Made by a program: the position numbers and the translations under genes | Notes under the pieces: generated by a model | Seen by the model: only the letters and a program-made list of their open reading frames with translations | What the model was told of the DNA's origin: nothing | The model's database searches: none | NCBI GenBank assembly: GCA_964016885.1 | Contig: OZ024741.1 | Location: forward strand, 100,006,001 to 100,070,000 | Reading direction: 5' to 3' | Length of the DNA: 64,000 nucleotides | From: Eledone cirrhosa | Taxonomy: Eukaryota | Part shown: positions 40,361-50,511 of the stretch, in pieces | Position numbering within the stretch: position 1 is the stretch's first letter | Layout of the letters: each line of letters starts with the position of its first letter

Positions 40361-43300
40361 ATGGATGTGTTAAGAGTAGGATGTTTGAATGCACGTGGCC
40401 TGGGCTCAACTTGGAAGCAAGCAAAGCTTCTAAATGCCCTCAGGTCACGTGGTATAAATGTAATGGTTATCTGTGAGACTCGGATCAGCGTCGTGCGGCA
40501 GCTGGCTCTCACCTTCGATGACTTTGAGGGGCACGTATCTCTCTGTCAACCTGGAGGAGGGGGTGGGATTGTCGTACTGCTGGAAAAACACCTGGGTCTC
40601 GCCGTACATGTTGTTCACTCGGACCCGGAATGTCGTTTGTTGGTGCTAGACGTTGGCAGTAGTGGAGGTGCGGCCTTGAGACTGGTTGCCGTCTTCTCCC
40701 CTTTCGGAGATGAACGACCCGACCTCTTCCACCGTCTGGAGACTTTTCTGGGAACGTCGCGTTCCCTGCTTCTAGATGCACGTTGGGACTATGCAGGAGC
40801 ATGTCCTAATAGAGGGGGGTGTAACAGCCTCAAAGGGTTACTCGACCGTTTTAACTTGGTCGATAGATATCGTCTAGGTTTTCCAACTGTGCCAACCTGG
40901 ATTTGGACGAACCACAGTGGTCAATCTAGATCGTACTTAGATAGATTCTTAGTTAGAAGTAAGGATAGGGACATATTAAGCTGTCCAGAAATGCTCACGG
41001 TTGGCTATACAGATCACAAATTAGTGAGCTGCGTAGTCAACCTCGAGAGAACACATAGACAGGGTCCCGGTTACTGGAAACTTAATTTGTCTTTACTGGC
41101 AAAAGAGGCTTACAGAGACCGGATTAGCAGATTAGTTAAGGAGAGGTTGACGGGTGCATCTCTCAAAAGAGAGATTAGAACAGAATCAATAAGTTATAGC
41201 AAGATGTTAGCTGCCGATAGGAATAGGAACGAGATAGAATTAACAGGTAAATTAGAAGAGGCAATCAAGAGCGAAGATGTGGCCAGAGTGCTGGCATCGA
41301 GGACGGCCTTGAGCCAGTTTTTCGATGCAAAGCACGAAGGCTGCGTCATTCGAAGTAAAATACGTGCTCTAGGTAATGAGGGGGCCAAAGCCGTTGGCTG
41401 GGCCCGCATGACAGAAGCTAAGAGTGGAAATCGATCCACCATCCGGTCTTTGCAAGACGAGGATGGACAGGTGATCCGGAAGCCTAAACAGATGTGCGAG
41501 GCCTTTCAAAGGCACTTTCCCCGATTGTTCGGGGAGACGGGGGTCCCGTCGGGGACGTGGATTTCGGTCCATACATCGACGGGCTGCCGCGTCTCTCAAG
41601 CAAAGAGGCAGAGTCCTTCGAGGGCCCAATCTCGGCTGATGAGATCGGGGATGCGCTGAGCCAATGCAGCAGACGCAAATCTCCAGGTCTTGATGGTATA
41701 CCTTACGAACTTTATTTAGCAATGCCGGTCTTTTCTCCGAACTCCTCGAAGCACTCTACTGCAATTGGCAGCAGAACGGGAGAATTTCTTGTTCTGTAGC
41801 CAGGGGCGTAGTCTCGCTGGTGAGGAAGGACGAGAACAAGGGGGATAGTATAAATAATTTTCGGCCCATATCTCTGCTAAACACAGAGTTAAAGATTTTG
41901 GCCAAGGTGTTAGCAAAGAGGTTGGCGCTTGTCGTGGGTGGCCTGGTGGGAGATGCGCAGACATGTGCTATCCCATCCAGGTCCATTCACGACAACCTCC
42001 ACGTCATGCGATACATCTTAGAGAGGGTTGGCAACAAACCCGGCTTCGGGGGGAGCCCTGATCAACTTGGGTCAGTCTAAGGCCTTCGATAGGGTCGACC
42101 ATGGTTACCTGGATGCGGTGCTAGCGGCGGCTGGGTTCGGTCCTGTTTTCAGAGGCTGGATCACTGCCTTACATAGCAACCACATCTGTTCTAGGATCAA
42201 GGTGAATGGCTACCTTTCGAAGCCGTTCGAAATCACACGATCCATTCGACAGGGGTGAGTGCCCTCTCTCCTCCCTTCTGTACGTATTGACTCTCGAGTC
42301 TTTACTGAGGAAGTTTGAGTTGTTGCAGGGTATCCCCCTAGAACCAGGATTGAGCAAAGCGGTGTCGGGCTACGCCGATGACGTAACAGTATAGTGTCGA
42401 CCGACTCGGAGATCGAGGCGATCGGTACCTTACTGGAGGAATACGAAAGGTTGTCAGGAGCGAAACTGAACCGAGAAAAATCCATCGGGCTGCAACTCGG
42501 AACGTGGAGAGGCAGACCGATGCCTCCCGATGGTGTCGTCGGACACTGGACGGAGGGCCCGGTGAAGTTGCTCGGGGTCTGGTTTGGACCGGACCTCCAG
42601 GTGGAAAGGAACTGGGGCGAGGTTACGAACAAGGTGTTTGCACTGACCCAGAAATGGGCCAAGTGTAAGCTGTCCCTGAAAGGTCGGGCGGAGGTAGCGA
42701 ACATTTACATAGCGTCCGTCACCTACTACCGCCTGACTGTCGTGCCTTGCCCTAAGGATACACTCACCACCATGGAACGCATGCTCTTGCAATTTCTTTG
42801 GAAGAAGCGCCCTCCTATGGTGAGAAGATTCATCTGCTGCCAACAACCTTCGAAAGGAGGGCTGGGGATGCCGTGGTTGATGATGCGTAGGCACGCATTA
42901 AGGCTACGGCACCTACAGGTATTCCTCACTGGTCAACCGGTGTGGGCTCCGTTCGTGAGACGAGCCTTTCCGAGACTCGTCTCGCTCACCGAGCTGCAGT
43001 CCTGGGTCAAGCAAAGATCCGGAAAACTGGGCGACTTGCACACTGAGTGTGCCCAGGCGCTCAGGGCTCTCTGGCAAGCGGGACCGGCCATCGGTGGAGA
43101 ATCCACCTCGTCATTCTTTAGAGGGCTGGTGGCTAGCAGGGGCGATGACACCATTGGAGAGTCGCTGGACATAGAAGAAGACGACCTGGCCAGACTGTTC
43201 GGTAGGACTTTCGGCCCGGGACCAATGGACAACTTCCAGAAGTTACTGGCCTGGCAGTGCTACCGGGGGGCTCTACCCGTTCGAGAAAAGCTCTACAGAC

Positions 43301-43748
43301 ACGGGCGCCAGGGCAGGGATCCCTCGAAAAAGATTTGCCCTAGATGCGTGCGTCACGAAGAAACCGTTGCGCACGCATTGGTGCACTGTCCGGGCGTGGC
43401 TGGTGGGGCTACGCCGAACGACTGCTGTCGCGGGTGGCGCAGATTCGATTGACCGTCGAGTCCGTGATGACAATCAAGTCGCCTCCCCTCTTCACATAGG
43501 AAGCAAAGGCGGTTTTTCTGTGCGTAATAGCCATGTTGAAAGAGGTTGTTTGGTGGACACGATTGAAAGGTCTGAGGTCAGGCAACTTCCTCTCTGGCCA
43601 TAGTCTGGTCTACTTCTTCCGATATCACTTCGGATGAAGGATAAGAATGGAGAGAGAGGTGCTTGGCCACAGGCAGTTTTATGAAAGGTGGGTGATAGTG
43701 GCGAGAATGGCTCGTGTAAATGGTCCTTCTCTGTATACCATCCTGTAG
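40361..43748 (+). pseudogene. Element A ORF2 (APE-RT-CCHC), disrupted
   Basis: Multiple frameshifts; the APE GDWN motif is deleted (SRSLLL|DARWD); YADD present. Confidence 0.92.
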
Positions 43749-43962
43749 GTAAAGAAGTGAAGGAGAGGGGAGCACCTTCTCCATGTGCTCCCCGGGCAAA
43801 GGATTGCACACTTTTTCGGGGGTGTGTGCAACCCCCATCACATCCCCTCGCTTTTGAGGTTGTTTTTGATTATTTTCATTTTATAACCTTTTTACTCGGT
43901 TTTATGTAAACTCCCCCTTTGTATTTGTCCCTTCTTATTATACCTTTATGGTAAATAAAGAA

Positions 43963-43975
43963 ATCTATCTATCTT

Positions 43976-44026
<51 letters not shown>

Positions 44027-44033
44027 CTCTATC
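43963..44033. repeat. (ATCT)n microsatellite between elements A and B
   Basis: Direct reading. Confidence 0.98.
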
Positions 44034-44250
44034 AGTCGTGTGTCACTTCGCGGAGAAGTTTCCGTTAATTTATGTAAGGAAAAAACGTGAGTTTTTAGTT
44101 CAATTTTATATCATTGTGTAACTTGACCACCCGTCTGGACCTTCAGGTGGTGGGTCAACTCATTTTCGCCCCTTCAGGGGCGGAATATCCGTTTAAAAAA
44201 TTTTTCTCCATCGAATCTTGGAAAAAATATTGTAAAATTTTGATTACGTT

Positions 44251-46167
44251 ATGAACGCTGCGTCCAACGATAATGGTGGTGGAGAGGCGGTAAGACTACA
44301 AAGCTCGCAGTCAACAACGTCTTCTTCACTAGATACTATAGAGATGGAAAGACAAAATGAAAATAAAAAAACGAATTCACATCCAAACAACACAAATGAC
44401 ACCAAACAGCTCAATGACAACAAAAATAACAGCAAAACCAATAATGATGATAAAAGCAACAATGATAACAACAACAAAGAAAAAAATAAAGACAACGCCA
44501 ATAACACCAGCATCAAAGACAACAACAACACCAAGGAAAATACGGATGATACCAACATCGGTGACAACAAGAATAACAACAAGAATAACAACAATAATGA
44601 CAACACCACCAATACGGATTCCACAAAGAAACCAAAAATCTCCTTTGCGGAGAAAGTTCAAAAGAAAGAACAATTGATATATCTCGACATAACAAATGCT
44701 GAACACCTTTTAAAGGACGCTAAGAGATATGTCACCTTCGAAAAAAATGGTGCTTTCAGCATCAATTCTCCGGTAGAAATTCGCAAGGAAACTGCTCTCA
44801 AAACGATAGTTTTTAGGACAGTTTCCAATTCTACCCGAAAACCAGTCCAATTGTCACAGAAAGATATTGAACTGGTTTTCAAAGATTCAATGAATGATAT
44901 TGCATTCATTCAAAGAAGCAAACTTTTTGGGAGTATTTCGGTACTGATGAAGGATCAATTGACGGCCCAAAATTACTCTGTGTCGCCAATTGTATCCAAC
45001 CTGTACACCTTTTTCCCTACATACATGGGAAAAAGGACACAAAAGATCAGAATCACAAGTGTCACACCAAAGGTGAACATATGGTGGATACTGTGCGGCT
45101 TCATCAATTTTGATGAAGACAGAATACTGTCAGTAGGCAAGTCCCCCAGAGATGTATTCAATGGGACTAGCATTGAAGTTCTGGTGCAAATGAGCCCAGA
45201 GCGAATAGCTATGATCCCACAGCGTGTACTCCTGGACGGACTTACCTACATAAACCTTTCGGTTGAGGGTAGGCGGCCTTCATGTTACCATTGCTTTAGC
45301 AGGGGTCACCTGAGGGCTTCCTGTCCTAAACTAATGAACCAAAAAAAGGCTCTTCTGCCAACACCCATCAAAACAACACAACCACCAACACCACCACTAC
45401 AACAACAACACCAACACACAAAAATAACCACAACAAACACAGTCCCACCCAACCTCACTCCACCTAAAACCACTGCAAAATCACATACAGACACAACAGC
45501 TCCCCAAGACATACCCCTCCCCAATCACACAGACGATACAACAGATGAGGCTATCTCGCCATCACCCAGTGAAGACGAGGGAGAACCCCATCGCTCGAAA
45601 AGAAAGAAAAGACATCACAAAAGCAAAAAACCAGCAAACACTACCACAAACATACAACCACCAACACAAACAACAAAAATATCACAAACAAAACCCCCAC
45701 CTCCTGAAAACAAAATACCTACAACAAAACGAAAGCACACACAAGAACTACAGACAAAAACAAACACAACACAAGAAAATTACACTTACACTTACATAAA
45801 CACTGAAAACAAAACACTAATGGAGACCATTACGAACGACCCTTCGGTTTTCACCGAAGGGAAAACTTTCGCCCACTCTATAAAAAATAGCAAAAAAATG
45901 AACCTAAAACTGATTAGGGTCCCTATACAAACTTATAGGTCCCTAAAAGAAACATTTGAGAAGGATGTGGGGAATTCCTGCGTGAAACCACTCAACCGCG
46001 TCCTTCTCAAATGCCTCCCCACCCCAGACACCCCCATCCCACCAGACCCCACCCCACCAAACATCTGCGTCCCCACCCCACCGGAAACCACCACCCATCC
46101 AGACAACCCCTCCAACACCCCCATGGAAATCGTGCGGCCTGGTCCCCAGGAGGCGAAGGGTGAGTGA
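44251..46167 (+). CDS. Tx1-like ORF1 nucleic-acid-binding protein, 638 aa
   Basis: Open ORF with N-rich N-terminus, RRM-like region (RSKLFGSISVLM), C-x2-C-x4-H-x4-C (CYHCFSRGHLRASC), P/T-rich linker and a conserved C-terminal block. Confidence 0.9.
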   Translation: MNAASNDNGGGEAVRLQSSQSTTSSSLDTIEMERQNENKKTNSHPNNTNDTKQLNDNKNNSKTNNDDKSNNDNNNKEKNKDNANNTSIKDNNNTKENTDDTNIGDNKNNNKNNNNNDNTTNTDSTKKPKISFAEKVQKKEQLIYLDITNAEHLLKDAKRYVTFEKNGAFSINSPVEIRKETALKTIVFRTVSNSTRKPVQLSQKDIELVFKDSMNDIAFIQRSKLFGSISVLMKDQLTAQNYSVSPIVSNLYTFFPTYMGKRTQKIRITSVTPKVNIWWILCGFINFDEDRILSVGKSPRDVFNGTSIEVLVQMSPERIAMIPQRVLLDGLTYINLSVEGRRPSCYHCFSRGHLRASCPKLMNQKKALLPTPIKTTQPPTPPLQQQHQHTKITTTNTVPPNLTPPKTTAKSHTDTTAPQDIPLPNHTDDTTDEAISPSPSEDEGEPHRSKRKKRHHKSKKPANTTTNIQPPTQTTKISQTKPPPPENKIPTTKRKHTQELQTKTNTTQENYTYTYINTENKTLMETITNDPSVFTEGKTFAHSIKNSKKMNLKLIRVPIQTYRSLKETFEKDVGNSCVKPLNRVLLKCLPTPDTPIPPDPTPPNICVPTPPETTTHPDNPSNTPMEIVRPGPQEAKGE

Positions 46168-46200
46168 TCTCTTTTCCTCTTTTAACTTTTCAGCACCAAC

Positions 46201-49200
46201 ATGGCCAATATAAGAGTTGGATGTGTGAACGTACGCGGCCTGGGGATGCCCTGGAAACAGGGCAAACTCTTAAACGACCTCAGGTCGCACAGTTTGGATG
46301 TGGTAGCCATTTGCGAGTCCAGGATCCACGGCGAGCGACAGCTGGCCCCCATCTTCGATGACTTTGAGATCTACGCATCTCTCTGTCAACCGGGGGGTGG
46401 GGGCGGAGTTGCCGTTTTGCTGCGGAAACACCTGGGCCTCGTAACACAGACGGTACATCTGGACCCGGAGGGTCGACTGGTGGTCCTAGACGTTGACGGT
46501 AGTGAAGGTGGAGCGTTCAGGCTGGTGGCCGCATATGCCCCATCCGGGACACCGCGGCCAGACTTCTTCAAACGTCTAGAGACTTTTCTGGGAACGTCCC
46601 GCTCCTTGCTTTTAGTGGGGGACTGGAATGGAATCCTAGATGCACGTTGGGACTATGTGGGAGCATGTCCCGACAAAGGGGGGTGTAACAGCCTCAAACA
46701 GTTAATCGACCGATTTGACCTGGCCGATAGATATCGACTAGATTTTCCGACTGCGCCAATGTGGACGTGGAGTAATCGTAGCGGAACATCTAGATCGTAC
46801 CTAGATAGGGTTCTAGTTAGAAATAAGGATAGGGACATGTTAAGCTGTCCACAAATGTTCATGGTTGCCTATTCAGATCACAAACTAGTGACCTGCATGG
46901 CCAACCTTGATAGAACCCATAGACAAGGACCCGGCTACTGGAAGCTGAACTTGTCGTTACCGACAAGCAAAGCCTACAGTAGACGGATTAGCACTTTAGT
47001 TAAACAGCACTTGACAGGGGCCATTGTCAACAACAGATGGTGGTACTCTCTCAAGAGGGCAGTTAGATTAGACTCGATAGTTTTTAGTAAAGAATTAGCG
47101 TTAGATAGAAATAGAACCGAGAAGGAACTGGTAGATAAAGTAGAAGAGGCAATTAGAAGTGGCAACGTAGCCAGCGTGCTAGCAACGAGAACGGCCTTGG
47201 ACCAGTTCTTCGACGCAAAGCACGAGGGCTGCGTTGTCAGAAGCAAAATACGTGCTCTGGGAAACGAGGGAGCCAAAGCTGTTAGCTGGGCCCGGGTGAC
47301 GGAGGCAAAAAGTGGCAACAAGTCCACGATTCGGTCTTTGAAGGACCAAAACGGACGCGTGATACGTGAGCCGAAGCAGATGTGTGCGGCTTTTCAGCGG
47401 CACTTTGCTCGGCTGTTCGGGGGGAGCGGCGCGCCGGGAGAGGCTATGGATTTCGGTCCATACCTCGACGGCCTACCGCGACTCTCGGACAGTGGGGCGA
47501 AGTTCTGCGAAAAGCCGATTTCAGCCACTGAGATAGGGGACGCGCTGAGCCAATGCGGCAAACGCAAATCTCCAGGTCTCGACGGTCTACCCTACGAATT
47601 TTACGTAGCAATGCCGGACTTATTCTCCGGTCTCCTGGAAGCGGTCTACTGCAACTGGCAACAGAACGGGAGAATTCCCAGTTCTGTAACCGGGGGCGTG
47701 GTCACACTAATCAGGAAGGACGAGAATAAGGGGGATGACATAGGCAACTTCCGGCCCATAACTCTGCTAAACACAGAGTTACAGATTTTGGCCAAGGTGT
47801 TGGCAAAGAGGCTGGCGCTTGTCGTCGAGAACCTGGTGGGAGAAGCGCAGACATGCGCGATCCCGACCAGGTCCATACACGACAACCTCCACCTCATGCG
47901 ATACATCATAGAGAGGGTAGGGTGTAAACCCGGCTTCGGTGGGGCCCTGATCAACTTGGATCAGTCTAAGGCTTTCGATAGGGTTGACCATCGTTACCTG
48001 GATGCGGTGCTCGAGGCGGCAGGCTTCGGACCCGTGTTCAGGGGCTGGATTGCTGCAATGCACAACAGCAACATCTGCTCAAGGGTCAAGGTGAACGGTT
48101 ACCTCTCGGAGCCGTTCCATATTACGCGATCCATTCGACAGGGATGCCCTCTCTCCTCCCTTCTGTACGTACTGACTCTCGAGCCACTACTGCGGAAGCT
48201 GGAGCTATTGCAGGGCATCCCTCTGGAACCGGGACTGCGGAAAGCGGCGTCGGCCTACGCCGACGACGTGACAGTAATGGTGACGAGCGCCTCGCAAATC
48301 GAGGAAGTCGGCACCTTACTAAAGGAATACGAAAGTCTCACAGGAGCGAAGCTGAACCGGGACAAGTCCATCGGTTTGCAACTCGGATCGTGGAGAGGCA
48401 GACCGATGCCTTCCGATGGCGTCGTCGGACGCTGGACGGAAGGACCGGTAAAGCTGCTCGGGGTCTGGTTTGGTCCGGACCTCCAGGTGGAGAAGAACTG
48501 GAACGAAGTGACGGCCAAGGTGTTTGCACTCACCCAGAAGTGGGCCGAGTGCAAACTATCCTTGAAAGGTCGAGCGGAGGTGGCGAACACTTTTATAGCG
48601 TCCGCCATCTACTACCGCTTGACCGTCGTGCCTTGTCCAGCCAAAACGCTCGCCAAAATGGAGCGCGCCCTCTTCCAATTCCTTTGGAAGAGGCGGGCTC
48701 ATTTGGTAAGAAGATCCATCTGCTGCCAACACCCTTCTAACGGAGGGCTGGGGATGCCGTGGTTGACGATGCGCAAACACGCGCTCAGGCTGCGGCATCT
48801 CTACGTATTCCTCACCGGACAACCGGTGTGGGCCCCGTTCGTGAGGCGAGCCTTCCCACGACTCGTCTCGCTGACCGAGCTGCAGTCCTGGGTCAAGCAG
48901 AGACCGAGGAAAATGGGCGACTGGCACATCGAATGTGCTCAGGCGCTCACAGCCCTCTGGCAGGCGGACCCAGCGGTCAGTGGAGACTCCACTTCGTCAT
49001 TCTATAGAGGGTTGGTCCGCAGCAAGTGCGACGACGCGCTCGGTGAAACTCTGGGCGTGGAGGAAGATGAACTGGCCAGTCTGTTCGGTAGGACCTTCCG
49101 CCCGGGACCGATGGACAACTTCCAAAAGTCCCTGGCCTGGCAGTGCTACCGAGGAGCTCTACCAGTTCGAGACAAGCTCTACAGACATGGGCGCCCGGGC

Positions 49201-49638
49201 AGGGACCCTGCAAAAAAGATCTGTCCGAGGTGCGTGCGAGACGAAGAAACCGTCGCGCACGCATTCATACACTGCCCGGGCGTCACTGACCTGTGGGGCT
49301 ATGTAGAACGACTATTGTCGCGGGTGGGACCAATCCAGTTGACCACCGAGTCCATTGTCATGATCAAACCGCCACCCTCCTTCAAAAACGAAGGAGAGGC
49401 GGTTTTCCTTTGTGTGATAGCTATGGCGAAAGAGGTTGTATGGTGGACAAGGTTGAAAGGGCTGAGGTCAGACACCTTTCTCTCCGGCCAACAACTGATT
49501 CTTTTTTTCAAATACCACTTTGGAAGAAGAATCAGGATGGAGAGAGAGGTGCTGTACCCCAGCAAGTTTTATGAAAGGTGGGTGAAAGTGGCGAGAATGG
49601 CCCGAGTGAATGGGCCTTCTCTCTATATCAGCCTGTAG
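46201..49638 (+). CDS. Tx1-like ORF2 polyprotein (AP-endonuclease, reverse transcriptase, C-terminal CCHC), 1145 aa
   Basis: APE: NVRG, CES, YAP, GDWN, LDR, SDH. GPGYWKLN; KSPGLDG. RT: LDQSKAFDRVDH, RQGCPLS, YADD. CPRC...ETVAHAFIHC. Confidence 0.97.
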   Translation: MANIRVGCVNVRGLGMPWKQGKLLNDLRSHSLDVVAICESRIHGERQLAPIFDDFEIYASLCQPGGGGGVAVLLRKHLGLVTQTVHLDPEGRLVVLDVDGSEGGAFRLVAAYAPSGTPRPDFFKRLETFLGTSRSLLLVGDWNGILDARWDYVGACPDKGGCNSLKQLIDRFDLADRYRLDFPTAPMWTWSNRSGTSRSYLDRVLVRNKDRDMLSCPQMFMVAYSDHKLVTCMANLDRTHRQGPGYWKLNLSLPTSKAYSRRISTLVKQHLTGAIVNNRWWYSLKRAVRLDSIVFSKELALDRNRTEKELVDKVEEAIRSGNVASVLATRTALDQFFDAKHEGCVVRSKIRALGNEGAKAVSWARVTEAKSGNKSTIRSLKDQNGRVIREPKQMCAAFQRHFARLFGGSGAPGEAMDFGPYLDGLPRLSDSGAKFCEKPISATEIGDALSQCGKRKSPGLDGLPYEFYVAMPDLFSGLLEAVYCNWQQNGRIPSSVTGGVVTLIRKDENKGDDIGNFRPITLLNTELQILAKVLAKRLALVVENLVGEAQTCAIPTRSIHDNLHLMRYIIERVGCKPGFGGALINLDQSKAFDRVDHRYLDAVLEAAGFGPVFRGWIAAMHNSNICSRVKVNGYLSEPFHITRSIRQGCPLSSLLYVLTLEPLLRKLELLQGIPLEPGLRKAASAYADDVTVMVTSASQIEEVGTLLKEYESLTGAKLNRDKSIGLQLGSWRGRPMPSDGVVGRWTEGPVKLLGVWFGPDLQVEKNWNEVTAKVFALTQKWAECKLSLKGRAEVANTFIASAIYYRLTVVPCPAKTLAKMERALFQFLWKRRAHLVRRSICCQHPSNGGLGMPWLTMRKHALRLRHLYVFLTGQPVWAPFVRRAFPRLVSLTELQSWVKQRPRKMGDWHIECAQALTALWQADPAVSGDSTSSFYRGLVRSKCDDALGETLGVEEDELASLFGRTFRPGPMDNFQKSLAWQCYRGALPVRDKLYRHGRPGRDPAKKICPRCVRDEETVAHAFIHCPGVTDLWGYVERLLSRVGPIQLTTESIVMIKPPPSFKNEGEAVFLCVIAMAKEVVWWTRLKGLRSDTFLSGQQLILFFKYHFGRRIRMEREVLYPSKFYERWVKVARMARVNGPSLYISL

Positions 49639-49782
49639 GTTGAGGAAAAGGAGGAGGAGAGGAAAGGAGTACAAGCTCTTCGTACTCCTGGAGATGAGGG
49701 TTGCACATTTTTTTCGGGGGTCTGTGTTACCCATATAAACTGTCTCCCTCTATTGGGGAAAATCGACTAACTTTTAAATTCC

Positions 49783-50308
49783 AAAATGGTTTAATTAGGA
49801 ATAAAAGAGTATTAGTGATTGTATGGGTGAGTATTCAGTTGTGGTTTTAAGTTTTTAAGTTTTTACCGGTTGCGCATTTCTAAATGCTTTTCAAAAATAA
49901 TTTTGAGATTGAGTGTCCGTGCTGTTTGCTCTGATCTGATAGTTTTGGGAATTCTACCTGTTTTTATGTTAAAAAAGTGGCTCCAATTTGCAAAAATTCT
50001 TGTGGTCAAAACAATTTTGATTGGTCGGTAGAGGTCATGTGAATGTAAAAAATTGATTTTGCGCCAAGACTGTTTTTATGTTAAAAAAGTGGCTCCAGCA
50101 AAAATTCTTGTGGTCAAAACAATTTTGATTGGTCGGTTGAGGTCATGTGAATGTAAAAAATTGATTTTGCGCCAAGACTGTTTTTATGTTAAAAAAGTGG
50201 CTCCAGCAAAAATTCTTGTGGTCAAAACAATTTTGATTGGTCGGTAGAGGTCATGTGAATAAAAAATTGGTTTTGCGCCAAGATTGAGAAATGACTCTTT
50301 CACAACAA

Positions 50309-50372
<64 letters not shown>

Positions 50373-50447
50373 TAGTAGTAGTAGTAGTAAGGTGTTTGAT
50401 GTTGTGATAATGGTTAGCAGCGATGTGTGTCAAATGGCTATTGAGAT

Positions 50448-50511
<64 letters not shown>

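Larger units (their letters stand above)
38191..43962 (+). mobile_element. Tx1-like non-LTR retrotransposon A (full length, inactivated)
   Basis: 5' UTR homologous to B, broken ORF1 and ORF2, AATAAA at 43954 followed by (ATCT)n. Confidence 0.93.
44034..49762 (+). mobile_element. Tx1-like non-LTR retrotransposon B (both ORFs intact, 3' terminus missing)
   Basis: Starts directly after (ATCT)n. Similarity to the sister elements stops after ccctctattggggaa; no terminal hairpin, AATAAA or microsatellite follows. Confidence 0.95.

Noticed and set aside
49958-50283. Repeat array as CRISPR
   Set aside because: Units are contiguous ~108-bp repeats without unique spacers, in a eukaryotic context with no cas genes.
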